NCBI GenBank assembly: GCA_002421665.1
Contig: DISH01000006.1
Location: forward strand, 16,827 to 80,826
DNA length: 64,000 nt
Direction: 5' to 3'
Source of the DNA: Candidatus Omnitrophica bacterium UBA6215
GTDB taxonomy: Bacteria; Omnitrophota; Gorgyraeia; Pluralincolimonadales; Pluralincolimonadaceae
This document shows positions 17,693 to 27,331 of the stretch, piece after piece (positions within the stretch are counted from its first letter, which is position 1; every line of letters begins with the position of its first letter). A program made the position numbers and the translations under genes. A model generated the notes under the pieces. It was not told the origin of the DNA, searched no databases, and saw only the letters and a list, made by a program, of their open reading frames with translations.

Positions 17693-18171
17693 CGGGACAT
17701 GCGGGATATCTTGCCTATTATCCCTGAGGTAGACCTGCCTTTGACGAGCGAGACGGTAACAGTCTTACCGCCGTAAGAACCGACAAAATCCGAGCCGACG
17801 ATATTACCCGCTTTCCAATCCGCGCCCTTGACCAGCACATCGGGCCTGACCGCTTTTATAAGTTTAAAGGGGGTAGATTCACCGAAAACCGTTATATAAT
17901 CGACGCACTCAAGGCCGGAGAGCACCTCTGCCCTGTCTTTTTGCCCTACCACAGGCCTTGTCGGGCCTTTGATGGCCCTCACGGATTTGTCGCTGTTAAG
18001 TCCGACTACTAGGACATCGCCAAGGGTCCTGGCCTTTTTAAGGTACCTGACATGTCCGGCATGCAGGATATCAAAACATCCGTTGGTGAATACTATCTTT
18101 TTCCCTCGGGCCCTAAGCTTCGAGCAAAGCGGCCTCAATAAAGAAATAGAGACTATCTTCTTGTCTGCCAT
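17689..18171 (-). CDS. hldC: D-glycero-beta-D-manno-heptose 1-phosphate adenylyltransferase (RfaE domain II / HldC-like cytidylyltransferase)
   Basis: 160 aa; [17 protein letters not shown] (HxGH nucleotidyltransferase motif). Confidence 0.8.
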   Translation of the reverse strand: MADKKIVSISLLRPLCSKLRARGKKIVFTNGCFDILHAGHVRYLKKARTLGDVLVVGLNSDKSVRAIKGPTRPVVGQKDRAEVLSGLECVDYITVFGESTPFKLIKAVRPDVLVKGADWKAGNIVGSDFVGSYGGKTVTVSLVKGRSTSGIIGKISRMSR

Positions 18172-18190
18172 TTTAGGGGTTCCGCCTGTA

Positions 18191-18757
18191 TTAAAACAGT
18201 TCGTCCTCGACCAACTGGCAAAGGATATGCACTACAGCGACGTGCGATTCCTGGATCCTCGGAGTGGATTTAGAAGGGACTATCACGGCAATATCCGCAG
18301 CCTTGGCAAGCGGCCCGCCGTCGTAACCGGTCAGGGCTATCGTTCCAAGGCCCTTATTCTTCGCAAGCTCGACCGCCTTAATGACATTAACGGCTTTCCC
18401 GCTGGTGGATATACCTATCGCTACATCGTCCTTCCCCGCCACGGCATCCAACTGGCGGGAAAAAACTTCGTCATAGGAATAATCGTTAGCTATGGCGGTC
18501 AGGATGGAGGTATTTACGGTCAAAGCGATCGCAGGAAGGCCCTTTCTCTCTTTCATGAACCTGCCTACGAGCTCCGCCACCATATGCTGGCTGTCGGCGG
18601 CGCTGCCTCCGTTTCCGAAGACTATAACCTTGCCGCCTTTTTTAAGCGCGGCGACCATAGCATCGGCAGCCTTCCTTATGTTGCCCGCCTGCTGCTCCAT
18701 AAGGGCCGTTTTTACGCAGATACTTTCTTTGAGTATCCCTTCTATCTTACCGTCCAT
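18191..18757 (-). CDS. gmhA: phosphoheptose (sedoheptulose-7-phosphate) isomerase, SIS domain
   Basis: 188 aa; SIS motifs [11 protein letters not shown] and GISTSG. Confidence 0.85.
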   Translation of the reverse strand: MDGKIEGILKESICVKTALMEQQAGNIRKAADAMVAALKKGGKVIVFGNGGSAADSQHMVAELVGRFMKERKGLPAIALTVNTSILTAIANDYSYDEVFSRQLDAVAGKDDVAIGISTSGKAVNVIKAVELAKNKGLGTIALTGYDGGPLAKAADIAVIVPSKSTPRIQESHVAVVHILCQLVEDELF

Positions 18758-18759
18758 TT

Positions 18760-19788
18760 TTAGCTGAAGAATACCTTGGCTATCTCGTAAAGGTCCATGT
18801 CCACCGTCTTGAGCGTGCCTACGGCTTTCTCGATGGAGACAGCCTCGATCTTGTTGCCTTTGAGGCTGACCATATATCCGAACTTGCCCTGTTTGACGAG
18901 CTCCACGGCTTTTACGCCGAACCTGGTCCCGAGGACCCTGTCGAAAGCCGTCGGCGAACCACCGCGCTGTATATGCCCGAGCACCGTGACCCTGGTCTCG
19001 AAGCCCGTCTTTTTTTCTATCATCTCGCCAAGCGTCTGCCCGATGCCTCCGAGCCTGACATGGCCGAATTCATCGAGTTTCTCGCTCTGGAGTACCTCAT
19101 CGTCTTCGTCGAATTTGGCGCCTTCGGCGACGACAACGATAGAGAAGTTCTTCCCCTGGGCATGGCGTTTCTTTATTATCCCGCAGACCTCTTCGATATC
19201 TATCGGTATCTCCGGGATCAATATGACATCCGCGCCGCCGGCTATTCCTCCGTGCACGGCTATCCATCCGGCATGGCGGCCCATTACTTCGACCACCATG
19301 ATCCTGTTATGGCTCTCGGCTGTGGTATGAAGTCTGTCTATACAGTCGGTAACGATGTTGACTGCCGTATCGAAGCCGAACGTATAGTCCGTCTCGTTAA
19401 GGTCATTATCTATGGTCTTGGGAACGCCTACTACCTTGACCCCTTCCTTGACAAGCCTGTTGGCTACGCCGAGCGTATCCTCACCGCCTATGGCTATCAG
19501 GGCGTCTATCTCGAACTTTTTTATGTTATCCTTTACTTTCTGGACGCCGCCTTCCTTCTTATAGGGATTTGTCCTGGAGGTCCCGAGAATGGTGCCACCT
19601 TTAGGCAGGATCCCGGAAACCGAACGCAGGTCCAGGGGGGCCATATCAGCTTCGATTATGCCCTTCCAACCGTTCTTTATACCAAGAACTTCATATCCTT
19701 CAAGGACGGCCTTCCTGACGACTCCCCTTATGACCGGGTTAAGGCCCGGGCAATCTCCACCGCCTGTCAGCACTCCCAAACGTTTCAT
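18760..19788 (-). CDS. pfp: 6-phosphofructokinase, probably pyrophosphate-dependent (PPi-PFK)
   Basis: 342 aa PFK-A family. GGEDT replaces GGDGS (Asp at the Gly104-equivalent position) and PKTIDND replaces PGTIDND (Lys at the Gly124-equivalent position). Confidence 0.7.
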   Translation of the reverse strand: MKRLGVLTGGGDCPGLNPVIRGVVRKAVLEGYEVLGIKNGWKGIIEADMAPLDLRSVSGILPKGGTILGTSRTNPYKKEGGVQKVKDNIKKFEIDALIAIGGEDTLGVANRLVKEGVKVVGVPKTIDNDLNETDYTFGFDTAVNIVTDCIDRLHTTAESHNRIMVVEVMGRHAGWIAVHGGIAGGADVILIPEIPIDIEEVCGIIKKRHAQGKNFSIVVVAEGAKFDEDDEVLQSEKLDEFGHVRLGGIGQTLGEMIEKKTGFETRVTVLGHIQRGGSPTAFDRVLGTRFGVKAVELVKQGKFGYMVSLKGNKIEAVSIEKAVGTLKTVDMDLYEIAKVFFS

Positions 19789-19816
19789 GAACTCCCCCTT
19801 TTTAAGTATTAGTGAT

Positions 19817-20431
19817 TTACTGGTCCCTGTAATCCATCCCGCCGAACGGCAGGCTGACGTCTTCTTTGTCCTTAACCTTCTTCTGGACGACCTTAGGCTC
19901 GCCGCGGGTGGCTATCTTGGTTACGTGTATCTTTACTATTATCGGCTCGTCTATTCCCAGCATCTCCTGGATCTTCGCCTTTATTATACCCTGTATCTTC
20001 TCGGTCGACTCCGGTATATTTGCGTCCGACCAGAAGACCACCTTAGTGGATATGTCTATGCCCTTCTTCGTAGCGATGCAATCGGATTTAAGTTCTTTGA
20101 CCTCGGCCAGCGAAGAACCGATCTTCCTGATGAACTCTTCTATGGCCGAGAGGGATATGGATACCTGTCCGTCCGGGTTATTGAAAGCTATGTTCTTCTG
20201 CCTGTGTACCCTGGCAACCGTGAACTGGTAAGCCGCCCAGGATATCATTATAAGCAGGAAACCGACGACACCGACGCCCACCCTCAGCGTCATTGAAGAG
20301 CTTATCGAATCGAGGGCGTTCAAGACAGGCTCGCTCTCTACCGATTTCACGGAGACACCTATAAGGAAAAGTCCGATGGTCAAAAACACGACCAGGAAGA
20401 AAAACATGGTTATCCTGTTCAATATGTTCAT
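19817..20431 (-). CDS. Asp23/Gls24-like stress protein with an N-terminal membrane anchor
   Basis: 204 aa; two N-terminal TM helices; C-terminal Asp23-like pattern (...[33 protein letters not shown]); overlaps the accC stop by 4 nt, like B. subtilis accB-accC-yqhY. Confidence 0.5.
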   Translation of the reverse strand: MNILNRITMFFFLVVFLTIGLFLIGVSVKSVESEPVLNALDSISSSMTLRVGVGVVGFLLIMISWAAYQFTVARVHRQKNIAFNNPDGQVSISLSAIEEFIRKIGSSLAEVKELKSDCIATKKGIDISTKVVFWSDANIPESTEKIQGIIKAKIQEMLGIDEPIIVKIHVTKIATRGEPKVVQKKVKDKEDVSLPFGGMDYRDQ

Positions 20432-21786
20432 TGCGCCCCCTCCTTTTCCGCCATCATCTTTTCTATGAACTCGGTACTAACTTCACCGCGAAGGAAAGCG
20501 GGGTCCGAGGTCAGCTTCTTGTGGAACTCTATGGTTGTCTTTATAGGCTCTATCGTGAACTCCGAAAGCGCACGTTGCATGGTCTGTATCGCTTCGGAAC
20601 GGTTTTTGCCGTAGGTTATCAGTTTCGCGATCATGGAATCATAAAACGGGGGTATGGTATATCCCTGGTATACGTGGGAGTCCACCCTCACACCTGGACC
20701 GCCGGGGGCATGGAAGAAAGATACCTTCCCCGGACAGGGCATAAAGTTGTTATCGGCATCTTCGGCATTGATACGGCATTCCACGGCATGGCCGTTGAAC
20801 TTGACATGGTCCTGGTCAAAAGAAAGCCTCTCTCCTGCCGCGATCCGTATCTGCTCCTTTACAAGGTCTATACCGGTGACCATCTCGGTGACCGGATGCT
20901 CGACCTGTATCCTAGTATTCATCTCCATGAAATAGTAATTGCCGCGTTCATCGAGCAGGAACTCCACCGTACCCACATTCGTATAGTTTGCGGCTTTTGC
21001 CCCCTTGACGGCGGCATCTCCCATCTTCTTCCTGAGTTTCGCATCAACGGCAGGGGACGGCGACTCCTCAAGAAGTTTTTGGTGACGGCGCTGAATGGTG
21101 CAGTCTCTCTCTCCGAGATGGACGACATGCCCGTACTTGTCCGCGGCTATCTGGAATTCGACGTGCCTCGGGTTGGGAACATATTTTTCTATATATACGG
21201 AAGGATTGCCGAAAGCAGCCTCGGCTTCCGCCTGGCACGTCATTAAGACACTTACAAGCCTTATATCATTATGCGCTATCCTCATGCCGCGGCCGCCCCC
21301 TCCTGCGGCCGCCTTGACAATGACCGGATACTGCAATTTATGCGCTACGCGAAGGGCTTCGTCCTTCTCCTTGACTATGTTAGAACTGCCTGGTATCGTT
21401 GGAAGTCCCGCCTTCCTCATGGTCTCCTTGGCAGACATCTTGTCCCCAAGGAGCCTCATGGCTTCAGGTGTCGGACCTATGAACTTAATCTGGCATGATT
21501 CGCATACCTCGGCAAAATGGGCATTCTCCGCCAGGAAACCGTAACCGGGATGTATAGCCTCGACGTCGGTTATCTCCGCCGCGCTTATGATACTGGGTAT
21601 GTTGAGGTAACTGCTCTGAGGGGACGCGCCGCCGATGCATATCGATTCATCCGCGAACTTGACATGCAACGAATCTTTGTCCGCTTCGGAATAGACCGCT
21701 ACAGACCTGATACCCAGGTCCCTGCAGGCCCTGATTATTCTTAACGCCACCTCTCCGCGGTTCGCGATAAGTATCTTTGAGAACAT
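20428..21786 (-). CDS. accC: acetyl-CoA carboxylase, biotin carboxylase subunit
   Basis: 452 aa; ATP-grasp and biotin carboxylase signatures (KILIANRGE...). Confidence 0.92.
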   Translation of the reverse strand: MFSKILIANRGEVALRIIRACRDLGIRSVAVYSEADKDSLHVKFADESICIGGASPQSSYLNIPSIISAAEITDVEAIHPGYGFLAENAHFAEVCESCQIKFIGPTPEAMRLLGDKMSAKETMRKAGLPTIPGSSNIVKEKDEALRVAHKLQYPVIVKAAAGGGGRGMRIAHNDIRLVSVLMTCQAEAEAAFGNPSVYIEKYVPNPRHVEFQIAADKYGHVVHLGERDCTIQRRHQKLLEESPSPAVDAKLRKKMGDAAVKGAKAANYTNVGTVEFLLDERGNYYFMEMNTRIQVEHPVTEMVTGIDLVKEQIRIAAGERLSFDQDHVKFNGHAVECRINAEDADNNFMPCPGKVSFFHAPGGPGVRVDSHVYQGYTIPPFYDSMIAKLITYGKNRSEAIQTMQRALSEFTIEPIKTTIEFHKKLTSDPAFLRGEVSTEFIEKMMAEKEGAQ

Positions 21787-21789
21787 TTT

Positions 21790-22248
21790 TTAAGCGGGCT
21801 CTATTAGAAAGAGTACGTGTCCGAACTCGACCGGTTGGGCGTTCTCAACCTGTATATCCACCACCTTTCCCTTTACCTCGGACTTTATCTCATTCATGAG
21901 CTTCATGGCTTCTATTATGCAAATTACCTGTCCGGGTTCGATGGTGTTGCCTTTTTCCACAAAAGGCGGGGCATCGGGAGCGGGCGCCCTGTAGAAAGTG
22001 CCTACCATCGGGGCTTTTATCTCTATATATTTTGACTTTTCCGCTTCCGGTTCTTTCGCGGGAGCGGTTACCTGGGCCGCCGTCTGGCCGGGCGTATGCA
22101 CTACATAACTTTCCTGGATTATCTCTGGCACACCCGAAGCGCCTTTCTTGAGCCTTATCCTCAAGCCCTCCCTCTCGATCTCTATCTCGACAAGGCCGTT
22201 CTCGTTCATAAGGGCTATTATTTCTTTTATCTCTTTGACGTTCATCAT
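21790..22248 (-). CDS. accB: acetyl-CoA carboxylase biotin carboxyl carrier protein
   Basis: 152 aa; biotinyl-lysine motif EAMKLMNEI. Confidence 0.9.
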   Translation of the reverse strand: MMNVKEIKEIIALMNENGLVEIEIEREGLRIRLKKGASGVPEIIQESYVVHTPGQTAAQVTAPAKEPEAEKSKYIEIKAPMVGTFYRAPAPDAPPFVEKGNTIEPGQVICIIEAMKLMNEIKSEVKGKVVDIQVENAQPVEFGHVLFLIEPA

Positions 22249-22269
22249 ATTCCCCCTTTTAGGGCCTTA

Positions 22270-22827
22270 TCAGACCCTCTCGACGTAATCGCCTGTACGG
22301 GTATCTATTTTGAGGACATTGCCTACTTCAATAAAAAGCGGGACCTGTATGGAATAACCTGTCTCGAGCTTAACGGATTTCGTGCCGCTCTTTGCGGTAT
22401 CACCTTTAAGGCCGGGATCGGCTTCGACCACGGCTAACTCCACGAACATCGGCGCATCGATGCTCATAAGTTTACCTTCGTAGAAGGACGCGTTGACCAC
22501 CATATTCTCCTTCAGGAAGTGGGGAACATCGCCCATCTGCTCCGCGGTCAACTGGAATTGCTCATAAGTCTTCTCTTCCATAAAATGGAAGTCGTCGCCG
22601 CTTGAATACATGAACTGCAGTTTCTTATATTCTATAAAAGCGTCCTCAAGCCTTTCGCCGGAGCGGAATGTCCTGGGAAGAACGTTACCCGTGGACAGGC
22701 TGCGCAGCTTTGTCTTGACAAAAGCCCCGCCCTTCCCGGGTTTTACATGCTGGAACTCTATTACCTGAAAAAGTTCCCCGTCTATTTTTATGGTAAGACC
22801 GTTCTTTAGATCACTTGTTGATATCAT
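22270..22827 (-). CDS. efp: elongation factor P
   Basis: 185 aa; conserved EF-P N-terminus and KPGKGGAF loop. Confidence 0.92.
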   Translation of the reverse strand: MISTSDLKNGLTIKIDGELFQVIEFQHVKPGKGGAFVKTKLRSLSTGNVLPRTFRSGERLEDAFIEYKKLQFMYSSGDDFHFMEEKTYEQFQLTAEQMGDVPHFLKENMVVNASFYEGKLMSIDAPMFVELAVVEADPGLKGDTAKSGTKSVKLETGYSIQVPLFIEVGNVLKIDTRTGDYVERV

Positions 22828-23875
22828 CTGTCAATACCTCGCATCCTTTCCTGGTTACTAATACCATATCTTCGATCCTGACGCCTCCCCAGCCGGAAAT
22901 ATAGACCGCCGGCTCGACAGTAAACACCATACCTGTCCTTAAGATCGCTTGGTTTTTACTGGAGATAGAAGGACTTTCGTGAACCTCGAGTCCTATGCCA
23001 TGGCCAAGGGCGTGACCGAATCTTTTTCCTAACCCTTTTGCGTTAATAAAGCCCCGCGCGGCCCCATCGATGTGGGATATCTTCGCACCGGGCTTGATTG
23101 CCTCGATCGAACGCCTCTGGGCTTCCCTTACGATCCCGTATATCTTACGGCGTTCAGGATTAATTTTACCCAAAAAGAACACCCGTGTCAAGTCGGATTT
23201 ATAACCCTCGTAACTGACACCTAAGTCCAATAAAACCATATCGTTAGGTCTTACGATCCTGTCGGTAGGCTTGGCATGCGGGAAGGCGCTGTTGGGGCCC
23301 GAAGCCACTATGAGCTCAAACGAGGCCCATTCCCCGCTTGCCGCCCTTATGAAATACTCGGTCTTGGCAGCGAGGTCGTTCTCGCTGAGGCCGGGTTTGA
23401 GTATAGATTTGAAATACGCGACCGCGTTCTCCAGGATATTGACCGAATCCCTTATAAATGCTATCTCCCTGCTGTCTTTTACCTGTCTCAAGGCTTCGAT
23501 CATCCCGTGGACGGAGACCGGCTCGGCACCCTTTATCCCTGACCTGATCCTTTCGTAAGAAGCGTAGCTAAGATGCGATGATTCAAAACCTAGCTTCTTT
23601 ACCCCCGCCTTCACGGCAAGTCCGGATATTACATCGGAAAGCGGCGAACATGCTATGACTATCTTGAAATCCTTTACGTCCTTCTTCGCCTGTAAAGCGA
23701 ACCTTTCGTCTGTTATGAGAAAACGTGCGCGGCGCGCAATAAAAAGGCAGGCATCATCGCCCCTGTAACCGCTTAAATACCTTACGTTCTCGGGCTTTGT
23801 GATAAGGACGGAATCCACGCCGTGCTTGCGCAATAATCCCGTCACCCTGTTTACGCGTCTTGTGAAAGGGTCCAA
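22811..23875 (-). CDS. pepP: Xaa-Pro aminopeptidase (M24B family)
   Basis: 354 aa; M24 metal ligands (HGLGHGIGLEVHE, VFTVEP). Confidence 0.85.
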   Translation of the reverse strand: MDPFTRRVNRVTGLLRKHGVDSVLITKPENVRYLSGYRGDDACLFIARRARFLITDERFALQAKKDVKDFKIVIACSPLSDVISGLAVKAGVKKLGFESSHLSYASYERIRSGIKGAEPVSVHGMIEALRQVKDSREIAFIRDSVNILENAVAYFKSILKPGLSENDLAAKTEYFIRAASGEWASFELIVASGPNSAFPHAKPTDRIVRPNDMVLLDLGVSYEGYKSDLTRVFFLGKINPERRKIYGIVREAQRRSIEAIKPGAKISHIDGAARGFINAKGLGKRFGHALGHGIGLEVHESPSISSKNQAILRTGMVFTVEPAVYISGWGGVRIEDMVLVTRKGCEVLTDDINK

Positions 23876-23877
23876 TT

Positions 23878-24321
23878 TTATTTTTTCTTTTTGGATATCT
23901 CGATAGCCGCCTTGAACCCGAGCCTGTAGCTGTCAAGCCCGAAACCGCTGACCTGGCCTGCCGCTACGGGGGCTATAAGCGAAGTATGCCGGAACTCTTC
24001 CCGGGCGTAGATGTTTGACAGGTGCACTTCCACGGTAGGTATCGATACTGCCGCAATGGCGTCCCTTATGGCTATCGAGGTATGGGTATAAGCCGCAGGG
24101 TTTATCAGTATACAATTGAACTTGCCCTTGGCCGAGCCTATCTTCTCGACTATCTCGCCTTCATGGTTAGACTGGAATGTCTCGAGACCGACCTTTTCCG
24201 TTTTCGCGATCCTGGACAGCTCGGCGTCCACCTGTTTCAGGGTAAGCTTACCATATATCCCGGGTTCGCGCTCGCCGAGCAGGTTGAGGTTCGGACCGTG
24301 TATGACAAGTATCTTCTTCAT
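23878..24321 (-). CDS. aroQ: 3-dehydroquinate dehydratase, type II
   Basis: 147 aa; [17 protein letters not shown] signature. Confidence 0.9.
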   Translation of the reverse strand: MKKILVIHGPNLNLLGEREPGIYGKLTLKQVDAELSRIAKTEKVGLETFQSNHEGEIVEKIGSAKGKFNCILINPAAYTHTSIAIRDAIAAVSIPTVEVHLSNIYAREEFRHTSLIAPVAAGQVSGFGLDSYRLGFKAAIEISKKKK

Positions 24322-24330
24322 GGTTTTATT

Positions 24331-25290
24331 TTATCCCAATTTAGGTATTTTGTAAAGCCTGCTTGAAAAGAGATACAGCACGCCCCCTATAAAACTCGTG
24401 AAGAGCACTATGGCAAGGAAAAGTATGGACACGACAACAGAGCTGCCCTTGCTGATAAACTCGCTCAGGAACAGCACGAAAGCCCCTTCCCTTACCCCCA
24501 GGCCGTTTATGGACGGCATCATGGAGGCCACGGATACCAGCGGTGTTATCAGGAAGAGGTTAAGAAACGATATCTCCTGGGAAATACTCCTTATGATGCA
24601 ATAAAGCGACACGACCGAAACGACCTGGGCCACGAGAGATATGCCTATCACCTTCGCGACCACGACAGGGTGTTCCTTGTAAGCGTTCAGGGCGTTATAG
24701 AGCTTGTGCGATTTTGAACCCCTCCTGAAAGCGGGCATGTTAAGCAGACCCGAAAAGAGGCCCTTGGCAAGGGCCTTGTTCAGAAATAACGTAAAGATGA
24801 CCAACACGGCCCCGGCGAAGACTGCGCAACCCCATACAAGTTTCGGGTCCTTTATCCTTCCGTTCATGAACACAAGCCCAAGGAAGGCAAGAAGCCCGAT
24901 AGACAGGAAACCGAAGAACCTGTCGAAGAATACCGCGGAAAAAGATTCGAGTTTTTTGTCGCTCTTCTTAGTGGCATAATAGGCCTTTACCAGGTCTCCT
25001 CCTATCGCGGTCGGCAGGAAATTATTAAAGAACATGCCTATAAAGGTCAGGTACGAGGTCTCGACAAGCGTGAGCCCCAAACCCTGTACGGCAAGGATCA
25101 TCTTCAGCCTGAAAGACACTATTACCAGGGCCAGGACGTTCATAAATAACGCGGCCAAAAAAAACCAGGCATTTACATCTTTGAGAGTACGCCAGATCTC
25201 GGGGATGTCCTTCCTGAAAAGCCATATAAGCAATCCAAGAAATGACAGGCTTACGGTTATACGTAACAGTATGGAGAAATGTCTATTCAT
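24331..25290 (-). CDS. UPF0104 / lysyl-PG-synthase TM-region-like (flippase-like) membrane protein
   Basis: 319 aa; about 8 TM helices; conserved ...NNFLPTAIGGDLVKAYY. Confidence 0.5.
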   Translation of the reverse strand: MNRHFSILLRITVSLSFLGLLIWLFRKDIPEIWRTLKDVNAWFFLAALFMNVLALVIVSFRLKMILAVQGLGLTLVETSYLTFIGMFFNNFLPTAIGGDLVKAYYATKKSDKKLESFSAVFFDRFFGFLSIGLLAFLGLVFMNGRIKDPKLVWGCAVFAGAVLVIFTLFLNKALAKGLFSGLLNMPAFRRGSKSHKLYNALNAYKEHPVVVAKVIGISLVAQVVSVVSLYCIIRSISQEISFLNLFLITPLVSVASMMPSINGLGVREGAFVLFLSEFISKGSSVVVSILFLAIVLFTSFIGGVLYLFSSRLYKIPKLG

Positions 25291-26209
25291 CGTGCCTGAG
25301 TTCGAGCGAAGCCAGGTCGGCCTCTACCTTTGAAAGCCTGCGCAGGGATTCGGAGGTATATTTCTTGTACGCATCGTTGAGGTGGTTGCCTACTATATCG
25401 AAAGAACCCTTGAAATCCTCGAAATCTTTCCTGAGGGCCCCTATCCTAAGCAATATCTGTTTGGCGTTCTCCTCTATCTTGAAAGCCTTGAGCCCGTGCA
25501 CTATCGTCGCTACATAAGGATACAGGGTGGCGGGCGAGACTATATAGACCCTGTTCCTTGCCGCATAAGAAAGAAGAGACGTCTCATCTCCGGACAATGC
25601 GGAGTCCCTGACTATTGCCTCGTAATAGACGCTTTCCGAAGGAACGTACATCAGGGCAAATTCAAACGTCTTCTCGCTCGGGGATATATACTTTTTAGCT
25701 ATGCTGTCAACCTGTTTCTTGACCGCCTGTGCAAATTCCCTGAAACAGCGTTTCCTGTCATCGTCTGTATCGCACTCAAGCATCCTCTTGAAACTGTCGA
25801 GGGGAAACTTTGAGTCTATGGGCAGGATAAATTCCCTGAACCTTATGACAGCATCAACCTGTTCCCCTGAATGATAGGAAAACTTCATCTGGTAGCTGCC
25901 TGAAGGCAGCATGTCCGAAAGTATCTTCTCCAGGAGGACTTCCCCGGTGATCCCCCTTACCTGCGGAGGCTTTAGGAGGCCCCCTATCTCGTTTATCGCT
26001 TTCCCGAACTCCTCAAGCTTCTCGCTCCTGGTCCTGAGTTCGCCGAGGCTGCGGTTGATATCCCCTAATGCGCCTGTGGTCGATTGCATGGCCGCGCTTA
26101 CGCCTCCCGATATCTCCTTAGGGAGGTTGCGCAGTTTAGCGAACAGGTATACCGATATCCCTATTGCAGCCAGCGCGACAACGGAAAATAGAACCGCCAA
26201 TAATGTCAC
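25283..26209 (-). CDS. rmuC: DNA recombination protein RmuC homologue
   Basis: 308 aa; N-terminal TM; coiled-coil; RmuC core (...FALMYVPSESVYYEA...). Confidence 0.6.
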   Translation of the reverse strand: MTLLAVLFSVVALAAIGISVYLFAKLRNLPKEISGGVSAAMQSTTGALGDINRSLGELRTRSEKLEEFGKAINEIGGLLKPPQVRGITGEVLLEKILSDMLPSGSYQMKFSYHSGEQVDAVIRFREFILPIDSKFPLDSFKRMLECDTDDDRKRCFREFAQAVKKQVDSIAKKYISPSEKTFEFALMYVPSESVYYEAIVRDSALSGDETSLLSYAARNRVYIVSPATLYPYVATIVHGLKAFKIEENAKQILLRIGALRKDFEDFKGSFDIVGNHLNDAYKKYTSESLRRLSKVEADLASLELRHDE

Positions 26210-26487
26210 TTGGTCTTCTCCGCATATTTCAATCTCAGGCCGTAGAGGACATCGTCTATCAATTTCTGCTCTTCCTGGGAAAGGTTGCCTTTGGTCTTGT
26301 CCTTGATCAGGGCTATGGTCTCTATCATATAGCGGGCCCTGTCCAACTCTACCTTGGTCTCGTTATTTACGGGGTTGGCCATCTCTCCGAGGAAGATCAT
26401 GGCCTGCATTCCGAGGCTGGTCACAAATATGCTGAAGTTAGGTTCATACTTCGATTCCGCATTACCCATCTTATCGTGTAATTCCAT
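26206..26487 (-). CDS. DUF1844-family small protein
   Basis: 93 aa; FSIFVTSLGMQAMIFLGE...IALIKDKTKGNLSQEEQKLIDDVLYGLRLKY pattern typical of DUF1844. Confidence 0.55.
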   Translation of the reverse strand: MELHDKMGNAESKYEPNFSIFVTSLGMQAMIFLGEMANPVNNETKVELDRARYMIETIALIKDKTKGNLSQEEQKLIDDVLYGLRLKYAEKTK

Positions 26488-26527
26488 AGTGTTTTATCTT
26501 ACTCCTGTTTTAATATACACGCAAGGA

Positions 26528-27328
26528 CTAATAAACCGCTATCCCGGCATAGCCTACCACGGCGCTGTTATCGCCCGTAATATCGCCGCTTGTCTGGTAT
26601 TTTATCAGTTTGCCGTGTTTTGCGCCCAGCTCCTTGGCTGCCGCGATCATCACACATACGGGTACATACCCGCACATCGATATCCCGTATTCCTCGACGA
26701 CTTCCACCAACCGCTGCTCGTCCAGGGCGAGGACGGCCTCTATGGCCTTGGAATCCTTGATCCTGGCCTCATAGGCAGTCTCATAATGGGTCATGTCAGA
26801 GCTTGCAATAATAGTGGCCGGGCCGGTCCCCTTTATCGCAGAGGCTATCTGCCTGCCTATGCTCCTGTAGACCCTTATATCCCCTTCGGCCAGGACCATG
26901 GGCACGATCCTGACACCTGGTTTAAGGAACTGCAGGAAAGGGACCTGGACCTCCACCGAATGTTCCCCGCGTTGGGCCGACTCATCCTCTTCGAGGTAGG
27001 ACGAACCCGAAAGTATGCGTTTTGCAAGGGAGGAATCTATATCGCAATCGCCCGAAGGCAGCCTCCACGTCCCTTCGGTCATGATCGAAAAAGGCTTCCC
27101 CCTGCCCGTATGGTTCGGGCCCATTATAATACAGGTCCCGCAAAGCTTTGCGCTCGAAAGGACCGCCCCTGCAACAGCCCCCGAATACATATACCCTGCA
27201 TGCGGAGATACCAGGCCGATGGCCTCAATCTTGCCGGCGCCGGCAACGGCATATCTTTCTATCTGCTCTTGCAACGGCTGTTTCGCAGCGGGATAAAATT
27301 GACCTGCTACGGAGGGTTGGCGCAGCAT
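26528..27328 (-). CDS. Memo-family protein (AmmeMemoRadiSam system protein B)
   Basis: 266 aa; SVAGQFYPA and PHAGYMYSG, GPNHTG Memo1 signatures; the start overlaps the stop of the upstream M16 peptidase by 4 nt. Confidence 0.75.
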   Translation of the reverse strand: MLRQPSVAGQFYPAAKQPLQEQIERYAVAGAGKIEAIGLVSPHAGYMYSGAVAGAVLSSAKLCGTCIIMGPNHTGRGKPFSIMTEGTWRLPSGDCDIDSSLAKRILSGSSYLEEDESAQRGEHSVEVQVPFLQFLKPGVRIVPMVLAEGDIRVYRSIGRQIASAIKGTGPATIIASSDMTHYETAYEARIKDSKAIEAVLALDEQRLVEVVEEYGISMCGYVPVCVMIAAAKELGAKHGKLIKYQTSGDITGDNSAVVGYAGIAVY

Positions 27329-27331
27329 CGG

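Noticed and set aside
15383-17700. TPP (THI-box) riboswitch upstream of thiC or thiE
   Set aside because: thiC, thiE and the upstream ORFs overlap, so no leader is available. No CUGAGA...ACCUGAUCUGGAUAAUGCCAGCG-like element was seen.
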